DNA of 63,771 bases, filler included, from Folioceros fuciformis (GCA_049999805.1; 5 parts of 5 records of this genome joined end to end with filler, not necessarily neighbours in it), one strand, 5' to 3'. Shown: positions 23,413 through 38,200, numbered from the whole stretch's first letter. Made by a program: numbers and translations. Notes: generated by a model not told the origin, from the sequence alone.

Positions 23413-26400
23413 TGTGGAACATAGAATTTCGGGCTAGTGTTCCAATTTTGGTACAATCTGTACAGATGCGGCTAGCATAGGGAAGGTTGGTTCCTTCCTA
23501 TTTGGTTTTGTTTCTATTTTCTATTTTTATTTTTCAGCGGCTATATATGTGAGTGGGGTGTCCATGCATGGTAAGGAGAAGCATCTGTTTGAGGGACACA
23601 AGCCTGATGGGTCTGTCCGGGAGAGAGAAGTGACGAGGATCTGTCCAAGGGATAGAAGTGGGATGGATCTATCAGGGAACAGAGGTGGCCTGGTACCGAA
23701 CCACCAAGTTTGGCAGGAGGTTCGGGCAGGGGGGCCTGCTAAACCAAGCTGTATGCAAGCACTCTAAGTTCCCATGTGACACGCAACCACTGTAAGTCCT
23801 CAGGTGCTTGGGGGCTTAGGGAAAGCAACCATTTGTGAGCAACCTGGAGGTAGGATCCCAGGGGTTTGTGAGCAAGAGGAAGTAGTTGGAGCAGCGAGGC
23901 CATGGATTTGTTCTTTTCTCACCTCCCTCGCACTCTAGCAGGCCAGTCACCCAAGTTGCAGTGGAGGAGGACAACTCGTTGGGTGCCGTGGACTGCGAAT
24001 CTGGGGGTTAGGCAGGGTGTGCCGTAGGAGGCATAGGTTGCATGCAGGGCTGGTTGAAGCAGTGAGAAGGAGGGCTGTGAGTGAACGGCATGAGGAGTTG
24101 TCTCCCAAGGATTCTCTTTTCTCTCTAATTTGCTGATCATGGGGAGCTGGCTTTAGTGGGGGTTTTTGCATCTCGCCGATTTGCTGATTTTGGCATGGAG
24201 AGCAACATGTGGAGCCAACCAATCTCCCTCTAGATTACTACTCAAGTACTAGATTACTGTTGGGAGTTGCCCAACAGGGTTGTAAGAAAGGGCAAAGGGA
24301 AGCTGATCTTGCCCCTTTGCTTGTTTTTTTTCCTTCTCTTCTTCACTCATAGGCAGGGAGCAAAGAGCAAGGTAGGTGCCTCAAACTTCACGGGCTATAG
24401 CTAAGCGCAAAGGGGGGGGCGTGGCTCTCGGCCTCCTATCCTTTCCTTTTTTCCTTCTCGGGTTGCAGGTGATCCGGCAGTTGTAGGAGTGGTGAGTGAG
24501 GGTGGCCTATGAGCTGATGGAGGGGCTATGAGCAAAGCTGTGAGTCACGAGTAGGAACCTAGTTGCAGGAGTCACTAGCGTTGAGGAGGTTTTCTCTTTG
24601 CCGAACGGAAGTGTTATCTACAATGATAGGACTTGGGGCCCGACCAGTGAAACATGAAGACAAGGAAGAGACCAGCTAATGAGGTGACAACGCCGGAGGA
24701 TGAGGAGGATAATTGCAGCAAGCAGAAGATCAGAAGGCTCCCTCCCAAGGACATAGCTGGCGCAGGAGTGTTAGGAGTGAGGTCGGGCCCCACTGTTTAG
24801 ACTTAGTTTATGTTGGCTTGTGGTGATTTGGCCTAAATGGTAGGCCCATTAAGACTTCTGACACCTGGTCATTTGCTAGGCAAGCCTAGATTAGTGAGCC
24901 AAGAGGTTCATTGATTTAGTTGCCTTTTCATAGTATAAACCTAAAGAGAGAGGGAGCGTGAGGAGAGAGGGGAGCTCCTATCGAAGGATCGCTAGAGGAG
25001 CCACATTGTGAAGGAGGAGAGAACAAAGCAAAGGAGGAGAGGAGAGAGCAAGGTCTCTCACACACACTCTATCTCAATATTGCAAGGGAGCTCAAGGGGG
25101 TATTTATACCCTCTAGAAAAGCTCCCAAAGAAGCTTCACAAGAAGCGCACAGGAAGCTACGCAAGAAGCTTCCTATACAATAGCTTAAGCTAATCTAAAC
25201 AAATGATACTTAACTAGACACTAATCTTAGACTAAACACATTAGTCTAAGCACATTGGGCTTTAATAACCCTACAACCTCCCACTTGAAGGCCAATTTCC
25301 TTTTATAAGAGAGTGGTCTACCTCATGCCCATGAGTGTCCGAGCTTGTGCGAATTGCTCTGTAGAGAGCCCCTTGGTAAGAATATCTGCAGGGTTCTGAC
25401 TGGTGTGAACTTTGACAAGCTGTACCCTCTTGTCTTCCAACACCTCTCGAATGAAGTAATACTTCACTTCCACATGTTTGGTCTTCGCATGAAACACTGG
25501 ATTCTTTGTCAATTGGATAGCACTCTAACTATCATAATGCAACACTGGCAACTCAATCTTGATCCCCAAATCTCCCACTAAACGAGCAAGCCACAGGGCT
25601 TCCTTGCAAGCCTCAGTCGCTGCAACATACTCGGCCTCTGTGGTAGATAGCATTATGCACGATTGCAAACGAGATCGCCATGAGACTGCCTCTCCAGTGC
25701 ACATGAAGACATAACCTGATGTGGACCTCCTTTTGTCTATATCCCCTGCATAATTAGCATCCGTATATCCCACGACAGATGCATCTTCACTACCAAAACA
25801 TATGCACAAAGCTTTTGCACCATTTAAGTACCTCATAACTCCTTTCACTACCTCCCAATGCTTCCTACCAGGGTTTGACATAAACTTGCTAACCACTCCC
25901 ACTACAAAAGCAATGTCAGGACGTGTAGCAATCATTGCATACATCAAACTCCCTACAGTTGATGAGTATGGAACCTTCTCCATTTCAGCTTTATCCTCCA
26001 CAGAGCTTGGGCAATCCTTGCTCGAAAGTTTAATATGTGGAGGCAACGGAGGACCAAAATGAGCAAGCTTCCATCCTTAGCTTGCTTCGTGTAGAGGCAA
26101 TGATCCTCATCGCTACATTTGTAGCCTTGAGAAAGCATAAATGAGTGGAACTTGTAATACCACTCTTCGGGTGCCTGTTTCAAAACATAACCGCTCTGCT
26201 TTAACCTGCACACCAGATTCTCTCTGCCTTTTTCAATGAAACCCTCTGGTTGCTGCATGTATACCTCTTCTCAGAGATCATCATGCAGAAATGCTGACTT
26301 CACATCCATCTGGACAAGTTCCATGTCATTCCTCGCAACCAGAGCAAGAACAGATCGCAAAGTGGTCATTTTGACAACTTGTGAGAAAATCTCATCAAAG

Positions 26401-29400
26401 TCAATACCTTGCTGTTGCTTGATACCCTTAGCAACCAATCGTGCCTTGTACTTGGGTTTGCCATCATGGGGTTTGACCTTCATCTTATACACCCATTTGC
26501 ATGGCAATGCCTTCTTATCCCTAGGCAACTGAACCAACTCCCAAGTTTGGTTCTTACAGAGCGAATCCATCTACGGCTGCATTGCCTTCTCCCACTTGTC
26601 CTTGTCAATCACTGACATGGCCTCTTTGTAACAAGAGGGCTCCCCACAATCCATCACCATGACATATTCAAGAGATGCAACATACCTATCAGGAGGACGT
26701 GAAATCCTTCCTGACCTACGAAGCACAATCACCTTGATTGAAGCTCGTTGCACTCTCTCTTCTTCTACAAGTGGAGGAATGGGTTCCTGCACATCACGGC
26801 GTTCAACTTGCGCGTGACGGTCAAGTCCATCTTCTTGGAAGACCACCCGTTTCCTCCACAGTTGGAGTAGGCTTCTTGTGCATCTTGTTCTCATTGAAGA
26901 ACACGTCATTGCTGCGAACAACCTTCTTAGCTTCTAGATCCCATAAATGGTATCCCATCTCACCAGAGTCACCATAGCCAAGAAAAATACATTTTCTGGA
27001 CTGGGGTGCCAACTTGTCCCGAAACTCCTTTGGAACATGGTAGTAAGCCTCGCAACCAAACACCCGTAGATGCTTGTAAGACGACTTCTTTCCAGACCAC
27101 AGCTCCTCTGGAACCTGCTCATCCACAGCCTTATTAGGAGATCTGTTAATAAGATGCACCGTAGTAGACACTACTTCTGCCCAAAATCTGTTAGGCAATC
27201 CAGAGTTTGACAACAAACTACGCATCCTCTCCTGGATGGTCCTGTTCATCCGTTCAGCCACACCATTCTGGGGAGGAGTATACGGGGCAGTCTATCCTCT
27301 CTTGATTCCCTTGGAATCACAGAATGACTGGAAAGCTTTCAAAACGTACTCTCCACCATTGTCTGTCCTTAGACACTTTGGTTGGAGGCTAGACTAATTC
27401 TCCACAAGGGTGATGAATTTCTGAAACACTGTCAGAACATTGTCCTTTTTCCTCAAAGGAGAAACCCACACCTTGTGTGAGAAATCATCTATGAAAGTAA
27501 CAAAATAGGATGCACCGCTTAATGATGCAGTGGGCATAGGTCCACATACGTCACTGTGAACTAATTCAAGAGGTGTGTTTACCTCTTGCTCCATGTGGTG
27601 ATCTTGTCTGTTTCCCATACAAACAATGCTCACACACGGAGAAATCGGAGAAGTTCAAAGCAGGGATGTAACCAAAACAAGATAAGATCTTCATTCCTTT
27701 TTGAGACATGTCCTAATCAACAATGCCACAAGAAAACATTTGGCTGTTCCATTACACAAATCACATGATCCTTGACAGTGGTTCCTTGAAGTGAGTACAA
27801 AGTGCCACACTTCGATCCACGCGCTAACACAAGAGAACCTTTGGAGATCTTCCAAGAATGATCCCCAAACCAACCACTGGTGGTTGCCAATGTCATCCAA
27901 CCGCCCTGCCCTAATCATGCTTTTTGTCAACTTCGGAATATGCCTAACATCCTTCAACATGAATGAAGATCCATTGTCAAACTTCAGCTGCACATCACCA
28001 ATGCCTGCAATCTCACATGCGTAGTTATTTCCAAGCCGAACAAATCGTTTCCTAGTAGCATCATAGGTGCTAAACCACTCCCTATGCGGAGTAACATGGA
28101 AAGATGCTCCAAAGTCAATTATCCAATTAGAGAATAAGTGACTATCCACGGCTGTCAATTGTGCAAAATCAAAGGAAGAAGAGATAAGAACATCTCCATC
28201 ATCAACAAAATTCACCTCGTCATACTTGATACTCGCACTTGTCTTGTTGTCATTCTGCTTCTTCTCCTTTCCTTTGTCCTTCTTGAACTTCTCGCAGTCC
28301 CTTCTGAAGTGACCCTTTTTGTGACAATGGTAACACTCAACATTGTTACGATTGCGAGATTTGCTACGGCAAACGCTTCGCTCCTTGTACTTCCCCTTTA
28401 AAGTGGACCTTCCTTTCACCATGAGGGCATTGGAACCTTTCGAACGTTCCATATTCTTCCTGTTCACCTCTTTTGTTAACAGGCTACCTTCTACATTTAC
28501 AATGGTGAGACCACTAGTAGGAGTGGAATTACTCAGAGCTGTACGAAAGGTGTCCCAACTCTCTGGTAATGTGACCAACAGAAACATAGCTCTCACGGAA
28601 TCTGGGAACGAGATACCTTGGGACAAAAGCTGGCTGAAATTGGTATTGAACTCATTGAGATGATCGCACATCCTTGTTCCTTCCTTCATCTTCAAGTCCA
28701 CTAGCTGTTTCAACCAACACACCTGAGAGACTGCACTTTGCTTCTCATACAGGTCACACAACTTTTGCCATAGCTCGTAACTTGTGGTCTTGTCTTTCAC
28801 ATTGAAGGAGACCGAGTTCGACAATGTTAGCATGATGGTAGATCTAGCAAACTCATCTAGATCCTGCCACTCATCCTGAGTCATGCTAATAGGTTTCACA
28901 CCTAGCAACTTTATGAGCTTGATCTGCTTTTTCTACACTAGAACATTATACACTTGTTCTTTCCAGAACGGGAAGTTAGTACCATCTAACTTATCGATAT
29001 TGAACATAACGTTTTCCGAGGACGTCATTATTCAAAATCGATGCAAATCAAGCAAAAGGCTAGTTAGAAACGGTCTGAATGTAATGTAGATTCTGAAAGT
29101 TACTCTCACGCCTCGTTCCGCATCGGCTGACACAACTTGTAGACCTCAATCCAGTGCACGAGTCTACCCACAATTCAGGCCGACACGACGGGCCTAAGTC
29201 CGATTCTGGGCCGCCTGGCGTTGGGAGACTAATCTAATCGTCTGCGGCCGGAATTCGGTCGCTCACGACTGGAGTGTCCTGCCCTACGATTGAGATCTGG
29301 CCGGCTGCGGCTCTGGATCCGGCCACACCACCTGGCGGCTGGGAGCCGGGCTAGGGCGGCCTGGGCCTGATCCCGTGGCTAGGATCCCGGCCGGCCCACG

Positions 29401-30701
29401 GCCCCCACCCCAGCGGCCGGGGGGCCTGGCGGCATGACCGGGAGCTTGGCGACCTGCCCGTGCCCCTGCGCCCCACGAGCCTGGCGCCCTGCGGCCTAGC
29501 GGCGCCCTCGCATCGCGGGGTGGCATGGCGACGCTCTCTCAGGTGCCCTGTACTGCCTCTGCCGCGGCCTAAGCACAGCAGGGCTGAAGCCCCCTGCACC
29601 CCGGGCAGCAGAGTGGCCTCAGACGGCCCCCGAGATGCTGCCTTCACTCACTCCGGTGCCTTCCTTACGCCTTTGTGCACCTTGTCCACAGCACCTACAG
29701 ACATCATCATCTTGCTCCACAACCAAGCCCTAATACCAGTTGAAGGATCGCTAAAGGAGCCACATGGTGAAGGAGGAGAGGACAAAGCAAAGGAGGAGAG
29801 GAGAGAGTAAGGTCTCTCACACACACTCTATCACACTCTGTCTCAATATTGCAAGGGAGCTCAAGAGGGTATTTATACCCTCTAGAAGAGCTCCCAAGGA
29901 AGCTTCACAAGAAGCGCACAGGAAGCTGCGCAAGAAGCTTCCTGCAGATTAGCTTAAGCTAATTTAAACAAATGATACTTAACTAGACACTAATCTTAGA
30001 CTAAACACATTAGTCTAAGCACATTGGGCTTTAATAACCCTACACCTATAAGGCTAGGAGAGTCCGCTAAACTCATTTTGCCATTTGCCACCCTTTGGTC
30101 TTCAGCTCTTGCTTCATCACCTCCAGGTGTTTCTTGTTTCAACTGTCTCATGTGGTTGAGACCTCGTTTCCCTTTCCAATCGGATGTTGCTAAGTCTTAA
30201 TTGTTGGATGTGGATGAGGTTGGGGATTGTTGGCTGATGGTGCAAGTGTCCATGGTTGTTGTCCTTACTGTTTTTGCATGCTGGTCGTGCTAGTGTGTTG
30301 CCGGCCAAGGAGACTTGGTGTTTGGTAGGAGGTAGGGGTAGGTTCCATCAGTCTGCGAGGTAGCGTAGGAGAGTTTTGACCCGTGGAGGGGAGAACATAT
30401 AGAGGAGTAGGTGTGGGAGAATAGAGGAGTGGAGGTGAAGGTGAAGGTTGTTGTAGTGATCAGAGTTGCAAGGCACCGAGAGTGCTCAGGGCTTGGCAAG
30501 GAGCTTGAAGCTGTGTTTCCTCAAATTCGCCATAATTGGTGTGTGTTTCTAACATGGTGCTGGTAGGATCTGAAGGAGGGGGGTTGCAACCTGGTTGTAG
30601 CTTCCTTCTGCAGGTTCTGACTTGTGGTTTCTAGCACATAAAGTGAGGGGGCTGTAGGCAGTAACAACTCCAACGGTTGTGAGTGTGAAGATCCGTCCAC
30701 A
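23413..30701 (+). mobile_element. Putative long Gypsy-type LTR (~2.2 kb) interrupted by Copia B
   Basis: Termini TGTGGA...TCCACA match LTR 43163-44475, and the 3' ends are similar (G.GTGTG.AAGA...TCCACA). A PBS-like TGGCGACCG follows at ~30711. No TSD seen. Confidence 0.4.
24982..30044 (-). mobile_element. Full-length but defective Tnt1-like Ty1/Copia family B (5' LTR 29741-30044, 3' LTR 24982-25275, TSD CCTAT)
   Basis: Two near-identical LTRs with CCTAT on both flanks, a degenerate PBS at ~29727-29738 and a PPT at ~25276-25290. Gag-CCHC (CYHCHKKGHFRRDC), protease, integrase, RT and RNase H are broken by frameshifts and an RT deletion. Confidence 0.95.
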
Positions 30702-31588
30702 GGTCAAAAGTGGCGACCGGAACCATTGGCAGGGTAGGAGTGATAGTCTTGACCCGTCTGTAGTTGGTAGGTCTGTCAGAATTGAGTAGTACTTCTGACT
30801 AGAGGTAACAAGGTCAGAAGTGATTTGGAAGTTGGTTGGGAGAAGTGTGAAGTGGGAGGTTGTGTAGTTAGGTCAGGGGTGATAGGCTTGATCTGTGTAC
30901 AGCTAGACGAGTCTTGACTAGGGGTCGCATGGTTAGGATTAGAGGGTCAGCAGTTGGGTGGACAAGAGTTGTTGGGTCGGATGTAAGAGTTGTGGGGTTG
31001 TGGAGTCAAGAGGAGTCATCTCATACACTACAGATTGGGAACACTAGCCACTCTTTGGTGGGATCGAAACCCATTCTATACTAACGACAATGGGATAAGT
31101 GTGGCCACTATAAAATCAAGCTCAGTGAGTCCCACTCCCCGAGATTTAGCCACCGCAACAAGTGATTCTTCTTCAAATCTAAAGGGACGCATTTTTCCAT
31201 AGCCAAGAAGCTTGCTCACCATGCAGCCTTCAACCAATGCTTCAATATTAGGCACCTATTGGAGATGCTGTACAAGTGTACACTTTTGTGCTGGCTGTGC
31301 CATCATATCCTAGTAATTTGTGTCCCTTAGAATCTCCTTTCCCTACATAGCTTTTCAGAGGTGTCGGTTAGGAGTCAGACTCATGTGAACAGGGTTTAGG
31401 GTTTCCTAATAAATTAAAAGAAAGGTCAAGTTGTGAATTGTTACTCACATAGCAATCACCTCTTGGTGTCTTCGCTAGCAACTCTTCGTTGACATATGTA
31501 AACCCTTTAGCTGTTGGGGTGTTGTAGGGTTTTCATGTCGGTGGATCCTTTCTTTTGGCTTAACTTTGTCACATCTTCACGCCCACCA

Positions 31589-34500
31589 ATGGCAATCATC
31601 ATGGGTCAAAATCCAGCTGCTTTGAGTGGCTTCATGTATTCAGGGGAATTCAAAGAGAAAGATAGGTTTGATGGTAAACCTACGTATTTTGAAAGCTGGA
31701 AAGCACGTATGAAAGCTAACTTGGATGCTAGGGACATCTAAGAGTATGTTGATGGCTCCATTCCCAACACTACATTGATACCTGCTACAACTTCAGTCCA
31801 ACTATCAGTTGATGACATTGCAAAATGGAAAAAGGGGAATAAGTTGCTTTTGCAATTCTCCTTTCTGGTTTAGATGAAACCACAGTAACAAAGGTTGAAT
31901 TTGTGGAAACAATAGAAGTAGTTTGGAATCAGCTGAAGGACACTTACTAGGTGCAAAACATTTGTACTTTGGTTGCTGTTCGCAAAGAATTCTATGGCTT
32001 ATAGATGAAGGAAGGAGATGGAGTGGGAGCTCATGTCACTAAGTTGCGCTATCTTTTGGCTCAATTGGCCTCACTTGGTTGCAAGATGACTGAACTAGAT
32101 GTGACTGCCCAACTGTTGTCTAGCTTTCTTGTGTCTTACTAGAACTTTGTGTCCAGTCAAAATGCTACCTTGCGAAATTCCTATGTTGCAGTTGCTGCTA
32201 GAAATTCCCCTACAGTGAGCTTGAATGAGGTTGTTCGAGGTCTTCTACAAGAAGAGCAAACCTGCTAGAAGCCTAATTCAGGATTTGGTGTGAGAGGTGA
32301 GAAAGTACTCTTTGCTGCAAAGGGCAAAGCCTTGTGGAAGGGCAAGGATAAGAGTAAGAAGGCTACCTTATCTCCTTCCTCTTCTATTCATGTGAAGCGT
32401 CAAGGCACATGCAATTGGTGTTAGATCCCGGTACACTGGGAGAGAGAATGCAGGAAAAAGAAATCAGGTGAACCTAAAAACGAAGGAAAACCTGAGGGTC
32501 ATGTCTCTACCAAGGAACACAAGACCTCTGGGGAGTAGCAATATCATAACAAGAGTAGTAGTTATGTTCTTACAGTTTGCTTGACTTCCTTTAAGGAGAA
32601 CTCACATAACTGGTTTATTGATTTGGGTGCTACCGCACATGTTTGTAATAATCGCTAGCTGTTCTTTGTATTCAACAAACAAGAAACACCTCAATCAGTT
32701 TTTATGGCTAATTCTCGTGGAGTTGAGGTGAAGGGGATTAGTACAATGGACATACCTCTATTAGATGGGTCCACCCTACATCTTCAGGATGTCCTTTACG
32801 TCCCTGTTAGGAGCAAAATCCCGTTGTCTATCAGGCCTATAGCTCAAAGCAAAATGTATGGTTTCTGCTTTGAAGATAGTAAATGTTATATTTACCCTCT
32901 TTCTCAGCCTAAACAATATGTTGCTAAGGCCATTTTGGTCGATGACTTTTATCAGTTGGTCCCTATTTTGTAGTCTATGTCTTGGTTCTAGTTGCTACAT
33001 ATAATGAGCAGGCTCAACTTTGGCATGCTAGATTAAGACATGTGAATAAAGAAAAGTTAGATCTAATGTCCAATTCTAATCTGTATCGTGAAAAACTGCC
33101 TAGTTGTTTTAAACATCTTACAACTTGTACCCCTTGCATTCTTCCGAAAGAAAAGGAGCTGCCTTTTAAAATAAGTAGCCTACAAGAGCTAAAGCTGTTT
33201 TGGAATTGATACATGTTGACATTGTCAGGAAGTTACCTGTTAAGTCGCTTGGTGGTGTAGAGTACTAACTTACTCTCACTGATGATTTTTCTCGGTATAC
33301 GTGGACCTACCCTCTCAAGCTAAAGAGTGATGCATTTGATCAAATCACCAACTGGATCACCATGGTTCAACGCCAAATTGGTCATTTGGTGAAGTATAGA
33401 CAACGGTGGAGAGTTCACAGGCCGGCGGTTTGATTCCTTATTTTGGCACTATGGGATCATTCGTCAGCTTTCTGTTCCCTACTCACAGTAACAGAATGGC
33501 ATGGCCGACCGTAAGAACCAGACTATAATGGGTATGACCTGTAGCATGTTGTCTAAGGCCTCCCTTCCTAATTCACTATGAGCCGAAGCAGTGGTTGCAG
33601 CCAGTTACATTTTGAATCAAGTGGTTATCTCTACTTGTCCTAGCTATACCCCTTATGAGGCCTTTTGGGGTAAGAAGCCAAGCTTGCTTCACCTTTGGGT
33701 GTTTGGGTCTCCAGCTTTCGCATATATCCTTGAAGCCAAGAGGGGGAAGTTAGATGATAGATCTAAGCCCTTAGTGTTTGTTGGCTACTCAGAAGAATCA
33801 AAAGCTTACAAACTTCTCGATATGCGCACTTCTAAGATTACAATGGCTCGTAGTGTTACTTTCATGGAATCACTTATCTCACAATTGCTCCTCAAGGTAC
33901 TCAGTTTGTGACAGACTCTATAGAATTATCCCATGAGTATCCTCAATCACATGGAGATGCTCCTACATTCCTGGATCATGCTACAGCAGATGAACTTCTA
34001 GGTTAGCTACACAAAGTACCTATTCCTTACCCTCCAGTTGTTGCCGGTCATGAGGGGCTGTCGACTTGGGTGATGGTGTCTTACCTGATGTAGATGACCT
34101 TGATGGCTCTGGTAGTGATTCTGATGCTGGTGCAGCCAACTCCACTGAAGAAGTTGACCTTCCAGCTTATGAGGGGGCCACCCCTAATCCTGATCCTCCT
34201 GTGAGGTACCCTGCACATGAGAGGAGGACTCGGGAGAATTGGCTAGATCCCCCATATCACGTTGAGGACTTTAGGAGACCTGCTGCTCATTTCACTTACC
34301 TTAAAGTGTCTAGTGTTCGTCCTAATCCTTGTACTCATGATGAAGCCCTACATGGTCCAGATGGAACTCATTGGTGAGTGTTTATTGATGAGTACAACAG
34401 CCTTATAAAGAACCACACTTGGGAGCTAGTAGACCTTCCTGGAGGCAAAAAACCTATAACTTGTAAGTGGGTGTATAAAACAAAGCTGAATGCAGATGGT

Positions 34501-35298
34501 GAAAGGATCATTAGAGGAGCATGGTGAAGGAGAGAAGAGAAGAAGGGAGGAGGAGAGGAGAGGAGAAAGAGAGGTCTCACAGTGTCTCTCACAGCTCTAT
34601 TGCAAAGGGAGCTCAAGAGGGTATTTATACCCTGTAGAAAAGTTCCCAAGGAAGCTTCAAAAGAAGCTCACAGTAAGCTTCACAAGAAGCTCACAGGAAG
34701 CTATGCAGGAAGCTTCCTAAAGATTAGCTTAAGCTAATGATACTTAATTAAACACTAATCTTAGACTAATTACATTAGTCTAATTAAACTTATCACACTA
34801 GTTTAATTAGACTAATCACATTAGTCTAATTAGACTAATCACATTAGTCTAAGCACATTCGGCTTTAATAACCCTACAGATGGCACTATCTCTAGATACA
34901 AGAGAAAGCTTGTAGCTTGTGGGTTCTCTCAAATTCTAGGCATTGATTATGGGGATACCTTTTCTCTAGTTGTGAAGCCACCTTCAATTTTAATTCTTCT
35001 CGCCCTTGCAGCAAAGTTTGACCTAGAGTTACATCAGATGGATGTGTGCACTACCTTCCTACATGGGGAATTGGAAGAAGTACTGTATATGCATCAACCT
35101 AAAGGTTTTGTGGACAAGAAGTGGCCAAACAAAGTCTGCAAGTTGTTGAAAACCATACTTGGATTAAAGCGAAGCCCTCGTGCTTGGTACAAAAGAATTA
35201 TGAAGTTTCTTTGCCAAGCAGGGTTTCTACCATCTTCTGCAGATTCTAATGTCTTCTATCAAGTAGAGGCAGGTTGTTTTGTGATCCTTTCCTTGTAT
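31589..35298 (+). mobile_element. Old, stop-riddled Ty1/Copia family C internal region (gag-PR-IN-RT), related to family F
   Basis: Fragments KEKDRFDG, LWHARL.H, LWVFGSPAFAYI, QMDVCTTFLHG and VILSLY; LTRs not recognised. Confidence 0.85.
34500..34878 (-). mobile_element. Solo LTR of family B inserted in the RT of element C (TSD GATGG)
   Basis: Homologous to the B LTRs, with TG...CA ends and GATGG on both sides. The host frame KTKLNADG resumes as TISRYK. Confidence 0.92.
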
Positions 35299-38200
35299 TA
35301 AAGAAAGTACTTGAAATTAGTATAGTCTAGCAGTAGCATATCGAAATAGTTAAATAGAATAAGCTAGTTTATTATATATATGCAAATATCGAGATATGAA
35401 CAAATCCCCTAACTGAATAACCTAACCGCTCTCAACTGACAAGAGTGTTCATAAAGACATTCAGCCGTAATGCAATTCGTACTCGTTCGTTCTAAATGTT
35501 TCTATGGTATCAGAGCAGGTTTCCAGGTGGTGGTGTCCGCAGGCATTTTGATTGAGTGCGGCATGATAAGGAATCACTATCAGATGGCTGTGGCTAGATT
35601 TTTCGGGCTGTCGTGATTTCGCACTTGCAAAATCAGTGCGATGGCTTCTGCAATATTGTGCGAACAAACTCCTGTAGTTTCCAGTATGCAGGCCAGCAAA
35701 TTCATGGGCGCACATGCATTTCTGTGTGTGCGTACCCACGATTCTCTGTCTGCATGCCTGGGCGACCACATCTGTAGGCTAGCTGCTGCACGGATAGGCG
35801 CGTATGTGCAGCTTTGAGACATCCCACAACTCCTTTTTCTTGTCTGAGGCTTTATGCACGTGAATTGTGTGCGCCATGCCGCACAGAGGCCGCGATAGAG
35901 GGCGCCGTGTAGGTCGGCAGAGCAGAGATTTCTCACTAAGCTTTCTAGCAAGCATAGGAGAGACTCTTTCTCAAACCCTTAGGTACGGAGATTGCCGCAA
36001 TCCGCACCTCCCCTCTTCTACACCTACATCGAGAAGAAGACCATGTTTGCAGTCATTCAGTCATTCAAAAGAAGACCTTGTTTGCTCATACTATAAGCAA
36101 TCGGGGCGCCCAGCTAGTAGAGCGGGCTTAGCCTCACCCGATCAATTGCCCTCTTTGATTAAGGGGTTGCATGATCATATCACGATTCTGGAGCATATCC
36201 TCGAGAGAGTATTTGAAAGGCTGCAAATTATTCCTGATACGACGTCGGTGATTCAATCATCAGCCCCTGTTAGAGACTGTCAACAAAATGAGGACGCACT
36301 CAATTCTATTAAGGTGGCATGTCCAATATGCCACTTAAGAGAGCCACTTCCGCAGAAAAACTGAGAGAGGCTGGGCAGCCTCGTCGCTGGGGTAGGCCTA
36401 GGTTGTATTCTCCACCCCCATCAAAATCACGAGACTGGTTTTCGGGCAGTCTGCCAACTTGGCTCACGCAATCAATTGCATATCAACGAAGAATTCAACC
36501 AAGCATGACGACTTCAATGAAACTCGATTTTAAAGACAAGGACCGATTCTCAGGGTCCAACTATGATGTCTGGGCACACAGGGTTAAGACCCTTCTGATG
36601 ATAGAAGACCTGTGGGAGGTGGTGGATGGTTCTGCTCCCCACCCGGGACAAAACGCAGTGTCAGCAGACATTACGGCATGGAATAAGAAGGACTTGAAGG
36701 CCAGAGCCATCCTGGAATTCACAATTGACAACAGCATGATACACCATATAGAGGACGCCACAACAGCGCATCTGGCATGGACAGCCTTGGCCCAGATGTT
36801 TGCTACGACGAATCAGTCGTCGTTGGTCCACGCCACTCGTTCGTTCTCGAATTGTAAAATGAAAGAATCTGAGACAGTAGAGGAGCATGTGATGCACTTC
36901 AGGCATTTGAGGCAGAAGTTGGCAGCAGCAGGGACGAAGGTCTCTGAACTCCAGGCATCTGTTGCACTCCTCATGTCCCTGCCAGACAGATTCCGAGTTT
37001 TTGTGAGCACTCAGAACAGTAACCTGCGAACAGCAGCAGCGACAACAGTCTCACTGTCAAATACTATCGGAGCACTACTAGAAGAGGAGGCTTCGATGAA
37101 TTCAGGCAGGCCGCAAGCACAAACCTCGCATGGCCGTATACTCTACGCCGGGAGAGGAGCAAGAGGAGGCAGAGGAGGCAGATTCCCACATCGAACAAGT
37201 TGGCAAAGTAGGTCAACAGTTGTGGGAACACGTCCTCCATCCAATCCTAATCACAAGAAATTAACCTGTAACTGGTGCAGAAACATGGGACATATTGAGG
37301 CAGATTGTCGTAAGAAACGTTCAGGTGAGCCACGAAAGATAGGCTCACCAGAAGCAAATGTGATCACTAAGTCAAAGGCATCAAGTTCGAATACTATCTT
37401 GACAGTTTTTCTTGCACACACCAAGTCTGATGAACATTCTTGGTACATAGACTCCGGGGCATCAGCTCATATATGCTATAACAGAAATAGCTTTAATGAC
37501 TATCAGGCGTATTCACCTGGACAATTTGTCCTACTGGGCGATGAGAGTGGACTGAATATTGCTGGAGTTGGAACCGTGAAGATTCGATTGAATGATGGTT
37601 CCACCAGATGTTTGAATCAGGTCCTGCATGTACCTCAGATGGTTAAGAATCTACTATCTGTTAGACATGTATGTCAGGAGTGGAATGTGAAAGTAAGCTT
37701 TGATCAAAACATGTGCAACCTTACTGATGTCAAGACAGAAATGGTAGTTGCCTTAGGAGCTCTTGACTCGGATCTATACAGACTTGACTGCCACACCCAC
37801 TTTGGAAATGACTTGGACAAACAGCATGCTCGAGCGCACTTAGCAAAACATTTGGATGAAGATAGTACTCAGCTACTATGGCACTGTCGGTTGGGGCACC
37901 CAAATTATAACAAAATGAAAGATGGTTGGAAAGGATCTGTACCAAGATGACGTGCCCTGGACAATTCAAGATGTAGATGTGCTCTGTGAGGCTTGTCTGT
38001 ACGCAAAACTCCCTAAACAGAATGTGAAGAAACCACATGAACAAAATAGAGCTTCGGAAACCCTAGCCGTTGTACATACTGATCTTTGCGGGCCCATGTC
38101 TGTTAAGTCTCTGGGAGGAGCTCTATATTTCATGGTGCTGGTGGACGATTATAGTCGTTTCACAATTACATATTTTCTGCGTCACAAGTCAGAGGCTCTG

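Noticed and set aside
29280-29650. GC-rich island with ORFs suggesting foreign DNA
   Set aside because: Lies between the PBS and gag of Copia B; it is the element's leader, with homologs at 48.9 and 59.0 kb.
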